Source of the DNA: Lepidodermella squamata
Lineage: Eukaryota; Animalia; Gastrotricha
Assembly (NCBI GenBank): GCA_047495785.1
Contig: JBLDXI010000009.1
Coordinates: 4,402,001 to 4,466,000, forward strand
DNA length: 64,000 nucleotides
Direction of reading: 5' to 3'
The notes below the pieces were generated by a model. It had not been told where the DNA came from. It searched no databases and saw nothing but the letters and a program-made list of their open reading frames with translations. The position numbers were made by a program, and so were the translations under genes. Positions within the stretch are counted from its first letter, which is position 1, and every line of letters begins with the position of its first letter. Shown here one piece after another: positions 1 to 12,154 of this stretch.

Positions 1-3000
1 TTAACATTCTTGTTAGATGATCTGTCTAATGATAATCGAGACGCAGAAGTCGCGCGAGTAAATGCTGATTTTCAGCGATATGCAAACGAGCTGAAACTAT
101 TTCAAGAGATGAGGCTTCAATCCCTCAATTGGCTCTTGGCTGTTGGAGTGGCCTCGAAAAGTGTCCAATCTCTCAAGAGCTACTGCGCAGTCCTCGGAAT
201 GCTGCAAGCCGTGCCGGAGCAGTCGCTATCCGAAGAATTTCAATCTAAAGTCTTACGAGCTCTGAAACCAGCAGTTACGTTGCTATCCAACCTATCAGCC
301 GATATAACTGTCGACTCTAATGATATGGATATGGCTACCAGTGCTGCAGTGTCTGCGTTAGGAAAGCTTTCAGACGTGGTTGAATACTCAGCTAGCTACT
401 CACCTCCATGGAACCCTACTCAGTCCACTACAACCATTCAGCCCGAAGATATTTCCAACGAGCTCCTTACAACGACAAAATCCCCTAGAGTCTCAGTTAT
501 TCTTGAAGAAATGGCAACTTTGAGAGACGATTTGATGAGACTAGTTCTGCGTCGAAAGGGAGTGCAAGAAAGCCGAAGTGTCGTCGGCGGTCAAAATGCG
601 AAGTATTCGCTATCCCTAGACTTTGTTGGGAATCTTGATAACGCCACAATTCAGAACGGGGATGACGACGATTGCGGCCAGTTCAAACTAGGCCTTGCAT
701 CAGACACATTTGGACCATCGATTATGCCCACTGTTCTTAAAGACTCCGGGTCAAACAACTCGGAAGTCTTCAATGCTGCGAAAGTAACCATCAAAGCTTC
801 CATGACTTCTGGGAATATGTACGCCAATATCGGCCAGAGTAACTACGCTATCAATTCAATGATTCAGTCTCTCACTCTCAGCGATGAAAATGGTCGGGAA
901 ATTGTGGTGAAGAATCTAAATGAGCCCATAGAGATACTAGTCGAGTCGAAGAACAAAGACTTGCCTCAAAGCATTCTTACTGCTGTTTTAGGGAGATCTG
1001 TCTCGAAGCCTTTGAAATACATCGAACTTCCTATAGCTCGATCCTCAGCTGCTTTCATAACTGTTGATCAAATTACTGATCTATCGAATACCAAGCTTGA
1101 GATCAACGCCACTTGTAACACGACGGCGGATAAAAACTGCGGGCATCCATATGAAAATTCGCTTTTAACGGTTGGCGGTCGAAATATGACCATAAAGCAA
1201 ATAAACCCGACCAATGAACCTGTTGCAATATTCGTCTTCATCAATCGAGATGGGAAGTTTCCTACTGAAAGCTTGTCTTCGAATGCTTCAAATTTGGGAT
1301 GCATGCTGCCAAATAATCTAATTATGGAGCAGCAGATGAAGTCGAAGTCGGTAACAGTGAACGTTTCAACAACATATTCGCCTGAAGGAACAGGAAATGC
1401 TACGAATAACACGACTACTCGAAATAATTCAGCGAAAAAGAAGGAATGCAAGTTGAACAATGAAAAGCCTGATAACACATGTTTCTTCTCTGAGCGAGAC
1501 CTTGGTGTAAAAAATTCCAGCGCGACGCTCTTCGTAGGAATGAGGGCCCTCCCACTGGCCCTTGTTCGTTCCGTAATACAAGGCCTCATCGCGGAATATG
1601 GTTCGAGTCTCAACGAAACGATAGTCATACAAAGACTGATGTCGGGTTATCTGAACGAAACAGTTGCTGCTTTGATAAGTTATGAAAGCTTCACGACAGC
1701 TTGCGTGTTCTGGAATGACGAAATCAAAGACTGGTCGACAGACGGTTGTAGGGTTGGCTCGTCATCAACCCCCGGCGGTAACCCCAGCTTGACTCAGTGT
1801 TTTTGTAACCACCTCACCACTTTCGGCACCAATTTCAACATTCCGATGAACACGTTCAAACCTGGTGATTCCGCCTTCACCAGGCTGGATCAAAACCCGG
1901 TTTGCTTCACGTTCGGAATCTGCATCTTCTGTCTTTATTTTGCGATTTTGATCTGGGCAAGGAGGAAAGACCGAGAGGATGAAGTTAAATGGGGAGCCCT
2001 GCCTCTGATAGACAATCACCCGAAGGATAAATACGCCTATGAAATCACGATATGGACTGGTCAAAGGAAAGGAGCTGGTACGACTGCTAAGGTGTCATTC
2101 ATCCTGAGTGGCGATGAAAGTGAGACTGAACCTCGTTTGCTCGAGGACTTCTGCCGGCCTGTTCTAAAACGTGGCCAGGTCGATTCTTTCTTGATGACTG
2201 TGCCAAAGAGCCTAGGCAAGATCAGTCAACTCAGGATCTGGCATGACAACTCGGGCCGGCATCCTGCGTGGTATTTCGCCCGAATGATGGTCCTGGACAT
2301 ACAGCGTAATCAACACTTCTTCTTCCTATGTGATCGATGGCTGGCTGTTGAGGAGGACGACGGAATGGTGGAACGAATCCTACCCACCGCGACGAAGCAT
2401 CAAATGGCAACATTCGAGCATCTCTTTGTTACGACTACGCAGAGAAACATGTCTGATGGCCATCTATGGATTTCGGTATTCAACAGGCCGGCTCGTTCAG
2501 TTTTCACTCGGACTCAAAGGCTTACGTGCGTCTTATCAGTAAGTTTGGCAGTTGGGGATTACATCTTTATCTTTTCATCGTTTTTAATACCACAGATTCT
2601 TTACTGTACGATGCTGTCGAACATAATGTTTTTCGGCTTTGAACGAGACAGTCCCAATACCCTTCAGTTGAGCCTCGGCCCAGTTAAAATCAGCACTGAC
2701 AAGATCAAGATTAGCATCATCTCAGCTCTCATCGTCATGCCAATCAATTTGTTGATAATCCAGCTCTTCAGGCTCAGCAAACGACGCATCTCAAAGGCAG
2801 AGAATAACGCGCAACAAATTATCAAAAAATCACAGAAAAATCGCATGGCCGCGAGGGAAAAGCTTTCCAAAAAAGTTTCCATCGACATTGAAACTGTTGC
2901 TGCAGCACGTCAGATGAAGATGCCAAAGAAAAAAGTTCATAAGAGGAAAGAGGCGAAAAAAGCCTTCCGACTCCCTTGGTACTGCACGGTCATCGCATAC

Positions 3001-5339
3001 TGCCTCGCAGCTTCGACTTGCTGTGTTGCATTTTGGGCTATCGTCGAGTACGGCGGGGCTCTAGGGCCTGAGAAAGCCATTGAATGGGTGGCAGCAATGG
3101 TTTTATCACTGTTCACAGACATTTTCTTCCTACAACCGTTGAAAATCATCGGAATCGCGATTTTCTATGCCCTGATCATCAAAAATCCTTCGAAAGATGA
3201 CGATGTCGATGAATTGATGGCTCTTCGAGATGATGAATGCTACGTAAGGCCTGTAAAGTTCACAAAAGCTGAATTGGATGAAATGGAGAGGAATCGGCGG
3301 GAAGTTCAAGCCAAAAGAAGGGAATACGTGTTCCTACCACCTTCACCAGAGGAGTTACGAGTAGCGAGAGAAATCCGCTTCAAAGAGCTCGAAACATGGC
3401 GTGTTGTAAAGGAAATCGCTGGCTACGTAATTTTCCTGTACCTGGTCATGTTCGTTGCGTACAACAACATTGATACATGGGGCTGGCAGTTCCAAAAATC
3501 AGCGCGTCACATGTTTTTCGAGGGAGTTATCGGTGATCTAGCTGCACCTGCTTTCAGTAAGGACAGCTCCAAGAAATCAGTTTCGGCTGGGACTCAGTTC
3601 AAATCTGGAGAAGGCGCAATCTGGCAAATCAGCTCGTTGCAAGACTTTTGGTTCTACTTCAATCATACAGTACTTCCGACGTTAACGGACTCGTCTTGGT
3701 ACAACGGAGATTCTGACGACCAATTGGGGTCGTATACAAAGGATAAGGCTGTGTATTTAACCGGGACCATACGACTACGACAACTAAGGGCTAAAAGTGA
3801 CGGATGTAGAGTGCCATGGAAGTTCTACACGATGATATCTAACTGCAGTCCGGATTACTCGATGTTCGACCAGGAAACGCGGAACTACACCATAGGTTGG
3901 CAAGACGTCGTCGAAGGCTACAATTCGACTTATAACAACATTACATCTCTAAATCCTGGTTGGTCGTTTTCGTCAGTCCTTAAAACCGGAAGTTCGCCAA
4001 CTATGGGTAATCTGGCGATGTATGACGGGAGTGGTTATGTAGTCGATTTACCGAAGAACCTTATAAAGGCACGGATCTTCCTACAACAGCTTTTCGATAA
4101 CAAATGGCTGGACGAAAAGACGAGAGCTGTTTTCATGGAGTTCAATCTGTATAACCCAACCAGAAGCCTGTTCGCTGTTTCTCAGAACATCCTCGAATTC
4201 CCGGCGATGGGCGGTTGCGTTATCTACGCCTACTTCTACGTCCTGAAATTTCAGGCCTACAGCTCTGGGAGTGAGATGGTCACACTGATATTGCAACTAC
4301 TCACTCTTTTAGTTGTGATTATCCAATTTTCACGTGAATGCAACAGAGCACGGAAGATTGGCCGTAGTTACTGGAAATCATGGTGGTCCGTCTTCGACTT
4401 TGTCCACCTCTTTGGCTGCATCATCTGGGCAGCTATGTTTGGAATTCGATACTATCTGTTCACGCTGGTTGCAGGCAGGTTCAGGAAGCGAGCGAATACC
4501 TACACGAACATGGATTTGATTGTTTACTACGACTTCATAGTCTCGTGTTTCGCAGCTGCGATCGTTACCCTAGGCACGTTACGCTTCATTCGCTTGCTTC
4601 GATTCGATAGAAATATCATGCTGATGCTGCAAACCCTTGCAAATACTGGCAGATTTCTGTTGAGTTACTTCGTTGTTTTCGCTGTCGTATTCATGGCCTT
4701 TGCCAATCTGGGACTGTTGGCGTTCGGAGCTCAGATAAAGGCCTATTCGACCTACATAACGGCTCTTGAGACGTTGTTCGCAATGCAGCTCGGAGTTTAC
4801 GATTACTCGGCTCTTCGGATGAATTTCAGAACCCTAGGACCGGTATTCTTCGCCTTCTACTCTTTCATGATATCGATTTTGTTAACGAATTTCCTGATGG
4901 TTTTTATTGTCAACGCTTATCAAGAGGCAAGTCATAATTAGACGTTTAATCCAATTAAAAAATCCTCATTTTTAATTCAGGCCTCTATGAATGAAGAGAT
5001 TTTCAAGAATCAACAAGCTGTTTTCTCATTCATGCGTTCAAAAATCAAAAAGCTATTCGGCCTCGAGGAGAAACGACCGCCAACTCTGGGAATCGATCGC
5101 CGATTCATGTATTTCGATTCAGGTTAGAGCCGATTCTATTAGCTATCAGGCGATATTTTCATTATTTGTTTTTATTGACAGCTATTAAAGAGGACAACAT
5201 TGATAGATTCACGAAGCGCATGGATGACTTACTGCTGAGGCTTGACCGGCATTTGGATAAAACTAAAGTTCAGTTCTCTGAAATGTTTGATGAGAAAACG
5301 CTGCGGCGCAAATCAAGAGAATGCTATGTTTCTGAATGA
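1..5339 (+). CDS. PKD1L: Polycystin-1-like (PKD1L/REJ-type) protein, 5' end outside the window; exons <1-2538, 2596-4926, 4981-5122, 5182-5339
   Basis: GPS motif CVFWND..WSTDGC...CFCNHL|TTF, TM1, PLAT domain (YEITIWTG..GAGTTA.V...HDNSG..P.W), multi-TM polycystin channel region (RLRQLR, WLDEKTRAVFMEF), C-terminal coiled-coil-like F..RMDDLL.RLD. A 57-nt in-frame intron (2539-2595), a GC-AG intron (4927-4980) and a GT-AG intron (5123-5181) give a continuous frame to TGA at 5337-5339. Confidence 0.93.
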
Positions 5340-6131
5340 CATTGCAGTTACTTATTACTATTCCAATTTGATAAAAATCTTTCTAATGAACTCATAGCTT
5401 TTCTTATTGCTATTTATCATACTAATGTAAAACTTTACAACATTTCGACCATTAACACTAACCTTTCCTTAATCAACAATTTTCATGATTGCCGTGCATC
5501 GTAAGCATTTAAAAATAAAATTATACCTTTCTGGTTTATTCCACCTTAATATTATTAACTGTTGCTATGTTGCCATGTTGCCAGCTGTTGTCATAAAGTT
5601 TCGGAATTTGATTGAGATTGGGATAGGAATCGGGAATAATTGCCAGCTCCATTGTTTGCTGAGAAACTATATGCACAAAGAGCACCTGTTATACAATTAA
5701 TTAAAAACTATTTGACTTATTATTTTTGCGCAATTCATGTTCCATTTTATAATTTGAAGCTTGCGCAATCAGAAATTTCATTAAAAAAATTGAAACGCGG
5801 GCTATTAATTGGTCTGTAATCTATCTATTCAATCCTATTTTCTTATTGGTTATTGGGTATTGGGCCGAATTTCCTAGACGATACCTTAAAATGACCCGAC
5901 TAAGGTTCTAAAATTGACTTGTGGGATGGTGTTTATAGCTTTCATCCTTCATCCTAATAAAATTGAGCAATCTCAACACGAAAAAATGCCCTAAAACATG
6001 TTGAATCCCTCGTAAAATTCGAAAAATAAAATAAGAAGAAATAAGTCTGATTCTTTCATTTATTGCACAAAACTCAGTAACCACACGGTGTTTTATAGGG
6101 TCGAAATTTGATAATCGCGCGAAAAAGTATG

Positions 6132-6596
6132 TCACATAAAAAATGCGACAAAGTTGGCGTTGAATGTCACTTGTTGATGACGCCACTCGTGATGATGAAA
6201 CAGCCGGCGAGGTTCGATGTTGGCGCTATGAACATATCGTTTAAGCGGGCACCTGCCACCGCAACTCGGACACTCGCGTCTGCCGCCGTCACGCTTCAGT
6301 GAACACGCATACCCATGACCGTCACACTTCGTAGCTTTATGCTGTTGGTTTCTCACTTCGCCAGGCCCGTTTTCGCTGCTGCTGCTGTTCACATAAGGCT
6401 GGTTCGAGCTGATGAAGAACTGGTCACTGCTAGCCGGCTTGATTTGCTGTTGTTGCAGATTTGTCGTCGGACAGCCGGCGTTTTCGACCGAATGCTGGCG
6501 GCATTTGAAGTAGACACGAACCAGTGAACCACAACGCGAATTTTCGCCCGAGCTCGTCGGCGTTGTCGGTCGGCTTTCTTCGATTTGCTCAGCCAT
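6132..6596 (-). CDS. Small Cys-knuckle/RxLF family protein, copy 1 (subfamily A, 154 aa)
   Basis: MAEQ..RPTTPT..LVRVYFKC...LKRD...CPSCGGRCPLKRYV...IEPRRLF. Start placed at ATG 6596 by alignment with paralogs; the ORF-track extension runs through a probable 5'-UTR intron. Confidence 0.8.
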   Translation of the reverse strand: MAEQIEESRPTTPTSSGENSRCGSLVRVYFKCRQHSVENAGCPTTNLQQQQIKPASSDQFFISSNQPYVNSSSSENGPGEVRNQQHKATKCDGHGYACSLKRDGGRRECPSCGGRCPLKRYVHSANIEPRRLFHHHEWRHQQVTFNANFVAFFM

Positions 6597-7239
6597 TGCC
6601 CAAACTGACCATCGCAGGGTGACAAGAAATGACAAAAAATAATCACATTTTTGCAACGAAATTTCGAGAAAAAACATATCAAAATTGGTGGCTCACATTA
6701 GGACTGTAAAATATGAAAAATTTAGTTGAAAAAAGCTGTCAAGACTCACCCGTATCGCGGCGAGGTGAAAATACATTTTTTAAATTAAGGTGGGCAATAA
6801 CAAATGAATGTTACACCAGGAAAACAGGAGAAAAATTTGTTGCCAACTTCACTTCGAAAAATTTAAGCTTACGTTTCACCCTGACTTATAACGGCCTATC
6901 GATACCGAGGCGATAAATTGGAAATATCAAGCTGATTGGTTTTTTTCGAAAAAAAGTGAGGAAAAGATGAGAATTAGCTTGTTGAAAAAATTGAAAACTG
7001 AGAAAGATGGCAACCACGTGCGAATTCCGAGAATCTAACAAATTAATCACAGTTATAAAGCATGAAGTCGCGATCATGACCACGCAAGTGGCGTCCAAAC
7101 AAACTGTGAGCCTCAAAAAAATAATTGGGTTGTTTTCCGATTACGTAACAATCGAAAATTTGACGACAGCTGATGCCGTCTTTTCAAAGCATCCTTATAA
7201 TTTAATAAAAAACTTTAAAAAATCATTTAAAATAGAGCA

Positions 7240-7817
7240 TTCCGCCACTTTTCGGGTTTTTCCTACTTTAGCCAGGTGAAACTTTAGGAAATATTCGACA
7301 AAAACAGAATTATAAAGGAGTTCTTTGGCTATCGAATACCGGTTTCCGGAAGTCCCGACGGATTTTACCTTGTTTTATGGCTAATTTTGTAGTCACCTAT
7401 GTAGACTCCTCCCCGGAATTAGGGAAACTCAGTAACCTAATTTCGGCCACCTCATCCAGTAACGCTAATACCCTAATTTTTTACTGTTAAATTCGTCTTG
7501 ACAAGCTTAGTGTGAAAATCGCCTTTGTTGCTTAACATGTAAGCTTTTCCTTGACGGCGTGATTCCTGAACCTGTGGTGTTTGTGGTAACAAAGCATTCG
7601 CGAAGCAACATGAGCCCCCTCGCCCGCATTTAGGATCATTTTTTGCGATCACGTGCTTGAAAAATCATGAAGCAGATGGGCTCTACAATGCAAATTTCTT
7701 GATTTGCGTGCAAAAAAGTGCTGCTCAGCACTTAGTGTCCACATTTTGACTGGTCGCCGAAGTTAGGTCGCAGCGACCGAATTTAGGAAGTGGCCGAAAT
7801 TAGGAATTTCTACTGTA
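7240..7817. mobile_element. Non-autonomous DNA transposon (MITE) copy, inverted homolog of 16402-17673
   Basis: Recurrent (a)atttcggccac/gtggccgaaat motifs, right end ...tactgta; 7430-7680 is reverse-complement similar to 16480-16720. Boundaries approximate. Confidence 0.5.
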
Positions 7818-8518
7818 ATAAAAATAGCTAGGGGAACGTTGTATTAGTACGTGTCTTTTGAAAGTTGAAAATCAGCGTTACAAAAATTGTGTTATTTCAA
7901 ATAAATGTGATAAATGTGGGCCACGTGAATCTTTGATTTTCCGTAAATTTTGAGAAATTATTCCTATTTTTCTTGATTTTTAGCAATTTTAAAATAATTT
8001 GTAATTTAATAAAAAATAATATTTAATCTATTAATTGTGGACTCTCATTTAATTATGTAGCGGCCTTGTGAATTTCAAAATTTGCTGTTGTTGATGAGAG
8101 AGCCGAATAACGATTAATAGCACTGCTGGTTGTTTTTTCTATTCAAGAAACTTGAGTTTATCGCCATTGGTCGCAGCCGAGAATGCCAAATTGCCGGCTT
8201 AAAATTTCTTCAAAATTCAGTTTTTCATTCGATTTCATTAGAAATAAAGTACACATACCGATTTGTATTCGAAATTACGCGTTTTGTTCAAAATATTTTA
8301 TCTGAATCTGAACCTGAGATAGCTTTTTTAGGTCGAAAATTTGAATTTCTACCGTTATTTGAAAGAGTTTGTTCCCAAATGTAGTCCGGAGTAGAAACAA
8401 CACTTTTTCACTCTTGAATCTTTATTCCTATCGCAAAATTTTACAATAAAGTATAAGTATAATGAGATGTGTGACAAAAGGAGTGGAAATTCGACTCGTA
8501 AAATGATCGCGGTAATAT

Positions 8519-8836
8519 TCATTCGTCATGGTCGAAAAGGCGACGCGGCTCGACGCGATGGGCGTGTTGAATGTAGCGACGACGTGAACATTTCAAATAA
8601 TTGCCGCCGCATTTCGAACAACATTGGTAGTGCTTGCTGGCGTCACGCATCAGCAGTGGCAATGAACACCCGACAGCGTCACGCTTCGCTGATTTCTGCT
8701 GATTTTCGCCTACCGATTCGACGGGCCCAGATTCGGCCTTTTCGAACAAATTATGGCGACAAGGAGCCAGTGAACCGGAACACGAATTTTCACCGAAGAA
8801 TTTCGTCGGCGTAGTCGGTTGATTATTTTCAGCCAT
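8519..8836 (-). CDS. Small Cys-knuckle/RxLF family protein, copy 2 (105 aa, divergent)
   Basis: PTTPTK, KRD..C...MRD, CSKCGGNYLKCSRRRYI, VEPRRLF; lacks the F of the F-x-C box. Confidence 0.75.
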   Translation of the reverse strand: MAENNQPTTPTKFFGENSCSGSLAPCRHNLFEKAESGPVESVGENQQKSAKRDAVGCSLPLLMRDASKHYQCCSKCGGNYLKCSRRRYIQHAHRVEPRRLFDHDE

Positions 8837-9095
8837 TTTTAAATATTTCTTAAAAGAGCCAAAAATTTTAGATTAAATTTAAATAATTTATATAGAAAAT
8901 CTGGAATTTTAGAGAGTTTGCTCGAAAGCAAAGGTTTCGACCGAACAGGCAGCTCCAAAACTATTCAGCCTGGGGAACTTGAAAAATTGCAATTAAAAAG
9001 AGGAAGGTTATCGAAGTAGAAAACAAATCCTGGATGAGGCGATATGAAACCAGAAAGATTTAACCACGTTTTATATAGCATATTTTGGCCCAACG

Positions 9096-9151
9096 TTAAG
9101 ACAAAAAAGTACCGATTCGACAATGCGGCACACAGAAAACTTGAACAATGG
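9096..9151. promoter_or_regulatory. Conserved upstream module of the small-gene family (TTAAGACAAAAA...CACAGAAA...AACAATGG)
   Basis: Same ordered module at 16301-16354, 32364-32418 and 37995-38044; minus-strand TATATAAA at about 9070-9078. Confidence 0.55.
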
Positions 9152-10034
9152 TTGTCATATTTTATGGCATAACTAATAACTATTTCTAAAAGTGGCCGAA
9201 ACTAGAATGGGTTATACTTGAAGTTGGAATTTCAAAACGGGAAAATCAACTCCGGTGCCTGTTTTCAAGGAAAAAATGCCCCAATAAATTAGAAACAATA
9301 TCGCTTTTGCTCCGGCGTGCAAGATTATTTCTTCTAAAATCCAAGCTGAGAATTTCGAAAAATTCCTGACTTCTGTTTTCGCTATTTTCTGGGCTTGGAC
9401 TTGTATTTTCGCCGGAATTTCTCCAAGCAGTACCTGCAAATTGGCGATTTTAGAGGTACAATTTTGACAACTCGTCAGTACAGATGATTCTGCAGCAGGT
9501 ACAATTTTGAGAACTCAAAAAGTGCCCGCCTTGAAAGACTTCTTTTTTCGATTTTAAAATGGTACATACTTGTCTAGTGCAGATAATTCTAGAATTTCTT
9601 CCTAAATCCTAGCACCGTTCGTTTCTTTTTGGTGAAGCTCGCAAGCAATATCTTCAAAACAGCGTGTAAATGCAAGAAGTCGAAAACCCCAAAAAATCTA
9701 AATTTTCATCTCGCAGGCCGTGGAAACAATACAACAATTATGCCCAGGACTAGGGAGATCTAGCGGTGTAAAAATTTGCAAAGAATTCACCTGAATTGAT
9801 TTTCTGTAATTTTTTACAAAGTTGGACAAATGGTTCCCCGGTAGCTGTTTCAACAAATTTATCAACGAATAAAAGAATTGAACAAATAAAATTGGTGATC
9901 AATTTTTCTTGCTAATCCTGTAATAACGAAACTTTTATTGCGGTCAAACTAAGAGAACAATTGTTAATTTTACACATGAATATATCTGCAAAATATTTTT
10001 TCTAATTCTGCATAATTCTGCATAACTGTTATGG

Positions 10035-10421
10035 TTATTCTCCGAAAAGCCGCCGTGGTTCGATCCGGTCGCGGTTGATGAACCGCTTGCGACGGCAATC
10101 CCCGCCGCAGTACGGACAGTCGCGCCTGTTGCCGAGCAGCGGACAGCAGGCCTTGATCGACTCGCGATAATGAGTAGGATCCGTGCGAACTGCATTACAG
10201 CCACTCGTCAGGCGCGGTTCTTTTTTCGCGATTATACAAACGTAATCGCTGTAATAGAGCTGGCGAGCAGTGGTGGGATTCAGTATCAGGGCGGTGTCGT
10301 CTTGCGAACGTTGGCACTGAAATCGCTTCGCCATCGTGCTCTTTGAACCGGAACGCCGAGGCGTCGATACCACCAGTTCTTTATTGCATTTTTCGAGATT
10401 CGTGCCAATCTTGCTCGCCAT
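10035..10421 (-). CDS. Small Cys-knuckle/RxLF family protein, copy 3 (subfamily B, 128 aa)
   Basis: STPRR, RFQC, CPYCGGDCRRKRFI, IEPRRLFGE*; splice acceptor just 5' of the ATG. Confidence 0.8.
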   Translation of the reverse strand: MASKIGTNLEKCNKELVVSTPRRSGSKSTMAKRFQCQRSQDDTALILNPTTARQLYYSDYVCIIAKKEPRLTSGCNAVRTDPTHYRESIKACCPLLGNRRDCPYCGGDCRRKRFINRDRIEPRRLFGE

Positions 10422-11755
10422 TTCATTCCTGAATCAATGAAAAATAATGTGTTTTCTTAATGAGAATAATAATAATAATTATTATTCAACTAATATTATT
10501 GTCTGTCTGAATAAAGAAATATCTGAATAAATAACAAATTGGGCACAATTATTATTTTTCGAGGGTTGAAAATCAATTTTCGCTCGAAAATTCTGAATTC
10601 GAGCTCGAAATATTAAATAACATACGGCGATTAAAAAATCAACGTCACCTTGATGATTTTACTGTGAAGCAAAAGGAGAATTGTATGTAAAAAAATGTCA
10701 CGCTGCAAGAGTTCAATTATGCACCCGCAAAACCTTAATTGCCCAAGGCTAATTAACCCTCGCTACGGTAAGTATTATTTATTACTTACCACAGATTCGC
10801 TTACCAGCTTTTGAAGTTGAACAGGACGTGAAAGAGACTCCTCAGTTTCTTTAATATAGGTTTTAAGTTTAAAGTAGAAGAGATCGATTTTTGGTTGTTA
10901 CAGGCCGAAGCGTTTATTATATATAGGTATCTGTAACCCAATTTTTATTGCGGTGTAGAAACTCTATTACATGATCGGGACAATCATCAATGTGTGTCCC
11001 TTTGCGATCGAAAAACTGCGACAATCCGCCGTGGTAAGACTATGGCGCTGAGCCGCGCGCAGCGATACAGCAATATGTCCCACACAATATATAGCTATTT
11101 TCAACAAAAATCACAGGTTATGGTGGGAAATGATTGGAAACTGAATTTGGACAGGTATTTTTTCCAATTATATTAGAACAGAAACAGCCAGTTAGGTGAA
11201 TAAAAAGGTAAAGGAGAAGTTCGCCGGAAATTAAAGATGAGATGAAAATCAGGGGCAAAAAATGAACTCATTGCTTTTCTGATTGCTATGTATCTTAATT
11301 TTAAGTGAAACTTTTCAACATTTCAAATTTCGACCTTTAATTTTCCTGCATCAACAATTTTCATGATTTCCGTGCATCGTAAGCATTAAAAAATAAAAAT
11401 ATATCCTTCTTGTTTATGCAAAAATTAACGCGTTTATTTTTTGTCCGGGTATTCGGTTATTCATTTGCCCATCTCGCGTCGGACACAGAAAAATATATGG
11501 TTCTGGAATCGATTGGAGCCACGGATCGAATATAAAGAACTGAGTTTTTAGGTTCCTGGACTTGGCGATTAGGCACATTTCATGTCAGTCACATTTTCAA
11601 TTCACATTTTAGGCTGTCGGATGAAAAAGTATGTCTGATATGAGCAAAGTTTTTCTCCATTTATTGCGGTAAAAATGAGAGAAAAATTGGAATTTTACAC
11701 ATGAATAGATTTATACATTTTTTCTTCGACAAATTTAACGCTCGAAAAGTTATCA

Positions 11756-12154
11756 TCACGGCTGGTTAGGATTCAGTTGTTCTTCGAAAAGCCGCCGTGG
11801 TTCGATCCGGTCGCGGTTGATGAACCGCTTGCGACGGCAATCCCCGCCGCAGTACGGACAATCTCGCCTGTTGCCGAGTAACGGACAGTCCTTGAGCGAG
11901 TCGCGGTAATCGGAAGGGTCTGTTTTAAGCATTGAATATTTCTGGCGGGGTTTTCCTTTCGCGAGGCACCGCTGGGCGATAATACAGGTGTAGTCGCTGT
12001 AGCACTGGCGAACAATAGGATTCAGTAACAGGGCGCTGTCATCTTGCGACCGCTGGCATCGAAATCGCCTCGCCGTCACGCCTCTTGAACCGAAACGCCG
12101 AGGTGTCGATATTTCAGGCTCTTTTTCGAGATTTGGACCAGTCTTGCTCGCCAT
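11756..12154 (-). CDS. Small Cys-knuckle/RxLF family protein, copy 4 (subfamily B, 132 aa)
   Basis: Close paralog of copy 3; identical CPLLGNRRDCPYCGGDCRRKRFINRDRIEPRRLF block. Confidence 0.8.
   Translation of the reverse strand: MASKTGPNLEKEPEISTPRRFGSRGVTARRFRCQRSQDDSALLLNPIVRQCYSDYTCIIAQRCLAKGKPRQKYSMLKTDPSDYRDSLKDCPLLGNRRDCPYCGGDCRRKRFINRDRIEPRRLFEEQLNPNQP

Noticed and set aside
1068-4610. Antisense and alternate-frame ORFs overlapping the PKD1-like CDS (likewise in the GPCR, K2P and integrin genes)
   Set aside because: Shadow ORFs of real coding sequence with no independent motifs.
6597-6677. N-terminal extensions in the ORF track for copies 1, 5 and 7
   Set aside because: They start at non-ATG codons in AT-rich, intron-like sequence; paralog alignment starts at MAEQ/MANQ.
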